Source of the DNA: Hyalangium minutum
Lineage (GTDB): Bacteria; Myxococcota; Myxococcia; Myxococcales; Myxococcaceae
Length of the DNA: 124,000 bases
NCBI RefSeq assembly: GCF_000737315.1
Contig: NZ_JMCB01000013.1
Span: forward strand, 20,001-144,000
Reading direction: 5' to 3'
Shown here: piece by piece, positions 117,983 to 124,000 of the stretch
How positions within the stretch are numbered: the first letter of the stretch is position 1
Layout: every line of letters begins with the position of its first letter
Made by a program: the position numbers and the translations under genes
Notes under the pieces: model-generated
Database searches by the model: none
Seen by the model: the letters and a program-made list of their open reading frames with translations, nothing else
What the model was told of the DNA's origin: nothing

Positions 117983-118969
117983 ATGCCCGAGTTGATGTAC
118001 CGCGAGGCGCTGAACCAGGCGCTCGCCGAGGAGATGGAGCGCGACGCCAACGTCTTCCTCATTGGTGAGGAAGTGGGCCGCTACAACGGCGCGTTCAAGG
118101 TGTCCCAGGGGCTGCTGGATCGGTTTGGAAGCGCGCGCATCATCGACGCGCCCATCTCCGAGCTGGGCTTTGCCGGCCTGGGCGTGGGCGCGGCCATGGT
118201 GGGCCTGCGTCCCATCGTGGAGATGATGACGTGGAACTTCGCCATCCTGGCGATGGACCAGATCGTCAACAACGCGGCCAAGCTGCGGCACATGTCCGGA
118301 GGCCAGCTGCGCTGCCCGATCGTGTTCCGCGGCCCGGGTGGCGCGGGCGGCCGGCTCTCCAGCCAGCACAGCCAGGCACTCGAAGCCAACTACGCCCACT
118401 TCCCGGGCCTCAAGGTGATTGCCCCGGCCACGCCCGCGGACGCCAAGGGCATGCTCAAGTCGGCCATCCGCGATGACAACCCCGTCATCATGTTCGAGGG
118501 CGAGCGCCTCTACGCCATCAAGGGCGAGGTGCCCGAGGGCGAGCACGTCGTCCCCATCGGCAAGGCGGACGTGAAGCGCGAGGGCAAGGACGTCTCCATC
118601 ATCACCTGGAGCCGCATGTACTACTTCGCCGAGCAGGCCGCGCAGCAGCTGGAGCAGGAGGGCATCTCCGCGGAGATCCTCGACCTGCGCACGCTGCGGC
118701 CGCTCGACGAGGAGGCCATCCTGGCCACGGTGCGCAAGACGAACCGCGCCGTCATCGTGGAGGAGGGTTGGTCGCTGGCGGGCGTGGGCGCCTCGGTGGT
118801 GGACATCATCCAGTCCAAGGCGTTTGACGAGCTGGACGCGCCGGTGCAGCGCGTGACGGGACTGGACGTGAACATGTCCTACGCCACGAACCTGGAGAAC
118901 GCGACCCAGCCGGACGCCGCGAAGATCATCGCCGCGGTGAAGAAGGTCCTCTACCGAGAGGGAGCCTGA
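117983..118969 (+). CDS. pdhB: Pyruvate dehydrogenase E1 beta
   Basis: GEEVG, DAPISELGFAG, HSQ, DLRTLRPLD. Confidence 0.96.
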   Translation: MPELMYREALNQALAEEMERDANVFLIGEEVGRYNGAFKVSQGLLDRFGSARIIDAPISELGFAGLGVGAAMVGLRPIVEMMTWNFAILAMDQIVNNAAKLRHMSGGQLRCPIVFRGPGGAGGRLSSQHSQALEANYAHFPGLKVIAPATPADAKGMLKSAIRDDNPVIMFEGERLYAIKGEVPEGEHVVPIGKADVKREGKDVSIITWSRMYYFAEQAAQQLEQEGISAEILDLRTLRPLDEEAILATVRKTNRAVIVEEGWSLAGVGASVVDIIQSKAFDELDAPVQRVTGLDVNMSYATNLENATQPDAAKIIAAVKKVLYREGA

Positions 118970-118974
118970 GACGT

Positions 118975-120582
118975 ATGGCCAAGCCCATCGAGATGCCGTC
119001 GCTCTCCCCGACCATGACGGAGGGGAAGATCGTCAAGTGGCTCAAGAAGGTGGGGGACAAAGTCTCCTCCGGTGAGGCAGTCGCCGAGGTGGAGACCGAC
119101 AAGTCCAACCTCGAGATCGAAGCCTACGACGACGGCGTTCTGCTCCAGATTGCCGTGGCCGAAGGCCAGATGGCCAAGGTCGGTGCCCCCATCGCCTACC
119201 TGGGCGCCAAGGGCGAGAAGGTCGAGGCCGGTGCGGCCTCCGCGCCTGCTCCCGCCGCTCCGAAGGCTCCGGCCGCCGCGCCCGCTCCGGCTCCGGCTCC
119301 GGCAGCCCCGGCTGCTTCTGCTCCGGCCGCGGGCGGTGAGGGGATCCCGGTCCCCATGCCATCGCTCTCCCCGACGATGACCGAGGGGAAGATCATCAAG
119401 TGGCTCAAGAAGGTGGGCGACAAGGTGTCGTCCGGTGAGGCCATCGCCGAGGTGGAGACCGACAAGTCCAACCTCGAGATCGAGTCCTACGAGGACGGCA
119501 CGCTCGCGAAGATCGTCGTGGGCGAGAACCAGATGGCGAAGGTGGGCGCTCCCATCGCGTTCATCGCGGGCAAGGGCGGCAAGGCGGCGGCTTCCGCGCC
119601 TCAGGCCTCCGCACCCGCGCCTGCGGCGGCTCCTGCTCCTGCGGCTCCCAAGGCCGAGGCGCCCAAGGCTGCCGCGCCCGCAGCGGCTCCTGCGGCTTCG
119701 AAGGGTGGCCGTGTCCGGGCCAGCCCGCTCGCGAAGCGGATGGCGAAGGACCGGGGCATCGACCTGGCTGCGCTGCAGGGCTCGGGTCCGCTCGGCCGCG
119801 TCGTGAAGCGTGACATCGAGCAGGCGCTGGCTCAGGGCGTGCCCGCGAAGCAGGCTCCGGCGGCGGCTCCGGCCAAGGCGGCGCGTGCGGCTCCGGGCGT
119901 CCGGCCCGAGCCGCAGGTGGTGCCGATCTCGTCGATGCGCAAGGTGATCGCCCAGCGCATGAACGAGGTGAAGCCCGGCGTGCCCCACTTCTACCTGACG
120001 GTGGACGTGGAGATGGACGCGGCGATGAAGATCCGCGAGGAGGCCAAGGCACTGGAGTCCAAGGTCTCCGTCAACGACATCATCGTGAAGGCGGCGGCCA
120101 TCGCGCTGAAGCGCTACCCGAAGATCAACGTGTCTCTGCAGGGCGACAAGATCCTGCAGTACGCCACGGCGGACGTGGGTATCGCGGTGGCGCTGGAGGA
120201 GGGGCTCATCACGCCCATCATCCGGGATGCGGACCAGAAGGGCCTCTCGGCGATCTCCGCCGAGTCCCGCGAGCTGGCCGAGCGCGCCCGCAAGCGGGCC
120301 CTCAAGCCGGACGAGTACACCGGTGGCTCGCTCACGGTGAGCAACCTGGGCATGTACGGCATCGACCAGTTCGTGGCCGTCATCAACCCGCCGCAGGCTT
120401 CCATCCTCGCGGTGGGCGCGGTGGCGGACAAGCCGGTGGTGCGTGACGGGCAGATCCTCGTGCGGAAGATCCTCACGGTGACGCTCTCGTGCGATCACCG
120501 CGTGATCGACGGCGCCATCGGCGCGGAGTACCTGCGCGAGTTCAAGACGCTGCTCGAGCACCCGATGCGCCTGTTGTTCTAG
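118975..120582 (+). CDS. pdhC: Pyruvate dehydrogenase E2 with two lipoyl domains
   Basis: Two ETDKSN lipoyl sites, E3-binding domain, DHRVIDG. Confidence 0.96.
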   Translation: MAKPIEMPSLSPTMTEGKIVKWLKKVGDKVSSGEAVAEVETDKSNLEIEAYDDGVLLQIAVAEGQMAKVGAPIAYLGAKGEKVEAGAASAPAPAAPKAPAAAPAPAPAPAAPAASAPAAGGEGIPVPMPSLSPTMTEGKIIKWLKKVGDKVSSGEAIAEVETDKSNLEIESYEDGTLAKIVVGENQMAKVGAPIAFIAGKGGKAAASAPQASAPAPAAAPAPAAPKAEAPKAAAPAAAPAASKGGRVRASPLAKRMAKDRGIDLAALQGSGPLGRVVKRDIEQALAQGVPAKQAPAAAPAKAARAAPGVRPEPQVVPISSMRKVIAQRMNEVKPGVPHFYLTVDVEMDAAMKIREEAKALESKVSVNDIIVKAAAIALKRYPKINVSLQGDKILQYATADVGIAVALEEGLITPIIRDADQKGLSAISAESRELAERARKRALKPDEYTGGSLTVSNLGMYGIDQFVAVINPPQASILAVGAVADKPVVRDGQILVRKILTVTLSCDHRVIDGAIGAEYLREFKTLLEHPMRLLF

Positions 120583-120648
120583 TCCCGAAGCAGGGCCGCC
120601 ATGCTCACGCGCGTGGCGGCCCGGCTGGGCCCGGTGCTTCTCAGCAAC

Positions 120649-120870
120649 TCAGCTCCGGGTCTCTTCGTCTTCCTCGTCGATGTCGCGCTCGAGACGGCGC
120701 TGGGCCTCGGTGACGTCGGCCTGCACTTCGCGCGGCGTGCCGGTGGGCAGCTCCTCCTCGTGCTCCTTCGAACGGCCCTGGATGCCAGGCCATGGCTCCG
120801 GCCGGGTCGCCTGGACGTGATCGATGTGCTCCACGTAGCCCTTGTCCTTCTTGTCCTTCTTCTCCATCAC
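120649..120870 (-). CDS. Small acidic hypothetical protein
   Basis: GGAGG RBS, coding bias. Confidence 0.6.
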   Translation of the reverse strand: MMEKKDKKDKGYVEHIDHVQATRPEPWPGIQGRSKEHEEELPTGTPREVQADVTEAQRRLERDIDEEDEETRS

Positions 120871-121018
120871 CGCCTCCTTCCACGTGTCCGTAGAGATACG
120901 GTGAGGTGGGAAGGTGGGGTAGCAACGGGACTGCCGGTGGAGGGCTTGCTGGGTTGCCTGCTCTCCGGGCGATGAAAAAAGCCCGCAATCGAGCCGTCAC
121001 CTGCTTAACTTCTCCTCA

Positions 121019-121324
121019 ATGAACGACGACATGACACGGGCCCGGTCCACCGAAGGCGATGGTGGGTTGGGGGCACGTGCGAAGCCGGCCCCTTCGCTCG
121101 CATCCTCGCTGCGGCAGGCGCTCCAGGGCGCGGTGTTCCCGCTCTCGCGGGAGCATCTGGTTCTGGTGGCCCGAGAGAACGCCGCTCCCGCCGAGCTCCT
121201 CACGCTGATGTCGGGGCTGCCCAGTGGCGAGTTCCGCTCTCTCGAGGCTGTGGAGTTCTCGCTCGAGGGCGCCGTGCAGCACAGGGCCCGTGCGCTGCAC
121301 GAGTCCGGTAGCAACGAGCGCTGA
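121019..121324 (+). CDS. DUF2795-like small protein
   Basis: LQGAVFPLSREHLVLVAREN...LPSGEF.S. Confidence 0.7.
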   Translation: MNDDMTRARSTEGDGGLGARAKPAPSLASSLRQALQGAVFPLSREHLVLVARENAAPAELLTLMSGLPSGEFRSLEAVEFSLEGAVQHRARALHESGSNER

Positions 121325-121530
121325 GGCGCTGCTGCTCCGCTCCTGAGCCAGCGGCCGTGCTTCGCACGGACCGTTTCGGCGGGGTACGCGGGGCTTGAGA
121401 CGCGGCGCGTCACGATCAGTGATCACTCCCGCGAGCATGTGAAGGGGAGGGGGATGCGCTGGCGGGTGGTAGCGGTATCCTGTCGTCATCCTCACCGGGT
121501 TACTCCTCCGCCCGGGCCGGAACCCCATCC

Positions 121531-122688
121531 ATGAGCCCGTACGATCTTCCCGCAGTCCTCTATTGTGACGACGACGCCCTGAACCTGAGGGTGTTTGACG
121601 CGAACTTCGGGCAACGCTTCCGCATCTTCCGCTGCTCCTCGCCCAACGAGGCGCTGGCGATGCTGGAGCAGCGGCGCGGAGAGATTGGCGTCGTCATCTC
121701 CGATCAGCGCATGCCCGGCATGAGCGGCGTGGAGCTGCTGGAGCGTGCGCGCACGCTGGCGCCCGACGCCAAGCGCATGCTCGTCACCGCCTACGCGGAC
121801 CTGCAGGCCGTGGTGGACGCGGTGAACCGCGGCCAGGTGACGCGCTACTTCGTCAAGCCGTGGGATCGCGCGGAGATGCTCGCGGCGCTCGAGGATGCGC
121901 TGAAGATCGCGCGCCTGGAGCTGAAGATCCGCGAGGTGGAGAGCCGGATGATGAAGGCCGAGCGTCTGGCCACGCTCGGGCAGGTGACGGCCGGCATTGC
122001 CCATGAGCTGATGGGCCCGGTGGGCTACCTCTCGCAGAACGTGGCCGCGCTGCGCCGCGACATCGATCAGGTCATCGAGTACGTGAACAAGCACCTGGCC
122101 CAGGATCCGGACCGGGGCGTATCGGAGACGGTGAAGGATCTGCCCTCGCTCATCGGGGACCTGGTGACGGGCACCGAGCACCTGCGGCAGGTGGCGCATG
122201 GGCTCAAGGCGCAGGCGCGCGGCGATGAGACGGAGCAGGCCGCGGAGATCTCCGAAGTGGTCTCCTTCGCCGTGAAGCTGGCGCGCGCCGAGGTTCGCGA
122301 TCGCGCCCGCCTGACGAGCAACGGCGATCCCGTGCGCGTGCTGTTCGGCCCGGTGAAGCTCTGCCAGGTGATCCTCAACCTCGTGGTGAACGCCGCTCAG
122401 GCCATGGAGGGCATTGGCCGGCAAGGGAAGATCGACGTGCGGTGGGCCACGCAGGACCACAACGTCATCATCACCGTGGCGGACAACGGTTGTGGCATCC
122501 CCGTCGAGCTGCAGGAGAAGGTGTTCCAGCCACTCTTCACCACCAAGCCGGTGGGTATCGGCACGGGCTTGGGGCTCTCCATCTGCCGCGAGCTGGTGAC
122601 GCAGTACGGCGGCAAGCTCAAGCTCTCCTCGGTGCCGGGGGAGGGGACGGAGATCGAGATTTCCCTCATCAAGGCGCCGATGCCTTGA
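121531..122688 (+). CDS. asgA: A-signal hybrid kinase AsgA (receiver plus histidine kinase)
   Basis: 385 aa; N-terminal receiver SDQRMP, IAHELMGP H-box; next to pdhABC as recalled for M. xanthus. Confidence 0.85.
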   Translation: MSPYDLPAVLYCDDDALNLRVFDANFGQRFRIFRCSSPNEALAMLEQRRGEIGVVISDQRMPGMSGVELLERARTLAPDAKRMLVTAYADLQAVVDAVNRGQVTRYFVKPWDRAEMLAALEDALKIARLELKIREVESRMMKAERLATLGQVTAGIAHELMGPVGYLSQNVAALRRDIDQVIEYVNKHLAQDPDRGVSETVKDLPSLIGDLVTGTEHLRQVAHGLKAQARGDETEQAAEISEVVSFAVKLARAEVRDRARLTSNGDPVRVLFGPVKLCQVILNLVVNAAQAMEGIGRQGKIDVRWATQDHNVIITVADNGCGIPVELQEKVFQPLFTTKPVGIGTGLGLSICRELVTQYGGKLKLSSVPGEGTEIEISLIKAPMP

Positions 122689-123262
122689 GGCCGAAGGCGT
122701 TGTGGAGCATGCGGCGCACGCGCCACATCGTCTCCACCTCGCTGGGGCGGACCTGATCCACCAGGACTGCGGTCCGCTCCTCGCGCTGCTCCTTCGGGCG
122801 CCCCTTCTTGGGCACAGCCTTCCACGTGACGCGGATGAAGTAGCGCCCGGGGGGGTGCTCGAACACGTCCACGGCCGTCACGTCGTCGAAGGGGATGGTC
122901 TCCAGCCGGGTCGCCGAGGGGGCCCAGGTCAGGCGCTCCAGCCGGAGCGTCTCCGTGGCGAAGTGCAGGACGAACCGCCGGCGCCCCAGCCGGGCCTCGA
123001 GCTTCAGCGCCGCCCCAATGAAGGCCGTGGCCACCAACCCCAGCCCCACCGGCCCCCCGTATCGGCTGGGGGCCACCACCAGCAGGGTGAGGCTGCACAG
123101 CGCACACAAGGCCGCCAGCATGATGCACAGCTCGGGGAGCAGGCGCTGGCTGACGGTGGGCGGCAGGCTTTGCCCTACCATGCGCCCTTCCTCGTACCTC
123201 AGGCGCACGTCTCCAACCCGAGGGGGGATCCGGTTCTCCGCCAGGGCGTCGGCAAAGCTCAC
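122669..123262 (-). CDS. Hypothetical membrane protein
   Basis: Two TM helices plus PH-like segment; start estimated at GTG 123262. Confidence 0.65.
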   Translation of the reverse strand: MSFADALAENRIPPRVGDVRLRYEEGRMVGQSLPPTVSQRLLPELCIMLAALCALCSLTLLVVAPSRYGGPVGLGLVATAFIGAALKLEARLGRRRFVLHFATETLRLERLTWAPSATRLETIPFDDVTAVDVFEHPPGRYFIRVTWKAVPKKGRPKEQREERTAVLVDQVRPSEVETMWRVRRMLHNAFGLKASAP

Positions 123263-123330
123263 ACCTACAGCATAGGTCGTCTTCTCTCGTCGCTCGAAGT
123301 TACCTGCAAGCTGTGCGAATCTCTCCCCCA

Positions 123331-124000
123331 ATGGATCTGCCGTTCGAAACGGAGGATGAGGCAGCGGGTGGGGGGACACTCGCCTCGACCGTATTGGTAG
123401 TGGATGACGAGCCCGTCGTGCTGGACGTGTGCAGCCGGTTGCTGGCGCGCGAGCCAGACCTGGTCGTCACCCAAGCCACCAGCGCCGAGGAGGCCCTGCC
123501 GCTGCTGGAGTCCCAGCGCATCGACGTCCTCATCACCGACAAGAACCTGCCGCAGATGAGCGGCATCGAGCTCATCGCCGAGGCCCGTCGGCTCCAGCCC
123601 ACGCTGGAGGCGATGATGATCACCGGCTACGCCAGCTCGGAGTCGGTGATCGCCGCCTTCGCGGCCGGGGCCAGTGACTACATCCTCAAGCCGTTCGATG
123701 ACCTGCGCGTGCTGCGGGCCAAGGTCCGCTCGGCGCTCGAGCGGCGCACGGAGCGCATCAAGGGCCGTGAGCAGGCGCGGGACGTGGCCAGGCAGGCCGC
123801 CGCGCTCCTGGAGACAGGGCAGGACGCCCCGGAGCCCGCTCATCAGGCGCTCGAGGACGAGCTGCGCAGCTACGAGCAGACGGTGAAGAGCGGCGCCATG
123901 ACGGGCCGGGTGGCGGTGGTGGGCAGCCCCGAGGCCGTGCAGATGCTGGCTTCCGAGGGCTTCCAGGCGGTGGACTTGCCCGCCACCTCTCCGGAGCTGG
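123331..124000 (+). CDS. Response regulator (receiver plus C-terminal extension), runs off the window end
   Basis: VLVVDDE, ITDKNLP, ITGY, YILKPF; not in the ORF track because it has no stop. Confidence 0.9.
   Translation, partial: MDLPFETEDEAAGGGTLASTVLVVDDEPVVLDVCSRLLAREPDLVVTQATSAEEALPLLESQRIDVLITDKNLPQMSGIELIAEARRLQPTLEAMMITGYASSESVIAAFAAGASDYILKPFDDLRVLRAKVRSALERRTERIKGREQARDVARQAAALLETGQDAPEPAHQALEDELRSYEQTVKSGAMTGRVAVVGSPEAVQMLASEGFQAVDLPATSPEL

Noticed and set aside
119230-119900. Short GC-rich repeats resembling an array
   Set aside because: These are Ala/Pro linkers and the duplicated lipoyl domain of pdhC, not CRISPR or a VNTR.

Overview
GC-rich myxobacterial chromosome segment (Myxococcota, Cystobacterineae; Hyalangium/Stigmatella/Archangium-like). 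The housekeeping backbone (uvrA, addBA, purA, comEC, cdnL, cysS, uvrBC, yggS-maf, surA-like, mreCD-mrdA-rodA, mgtE, trxA, hemA-hemC...hemD, gspE-like, pdhABC, asgA) appears, from memory, to follow the Myxococcus xanthus MXAN_26xx region. Accessory genes sit between the backbone genes. No rRNA, tRNA, CRISPR array, transposase or integrase was recognised. The most notable observations are: (1) a bacterial metallophosphoesterase resembling the eukaryotic RNA lariat debranching enzyme Dbr1, in a lineage that makes 2'-5'-branched msDNA; (2) a three-gene envelope operon (5'-nucleotidase lipoprotein, OB-fold lipoprotein, outer-membrane barrel) that looks like a nucleic-acid scavenging machine; (3) a ~6.7 kb island separating hemC from hemD, carrying a frameshifted lipoprotein, a Cys-rich protein, DUF2381, a kinase, a pseudokinase and a DUF4261-like protein; (4) a POT peptide transporter with a PepT1/2-like extracellular insertion; (5) an orphan RiPP-type B12 radical SAM enzyme; (6) a Fur-box-preceded imelysin/di-heme/porin iron operon. 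There are also several gene relics and candidate promoters or operators. Family assignments come from motif recognition, not database searches. Several start codons were moved from the ORF track using RBS and homology logic.
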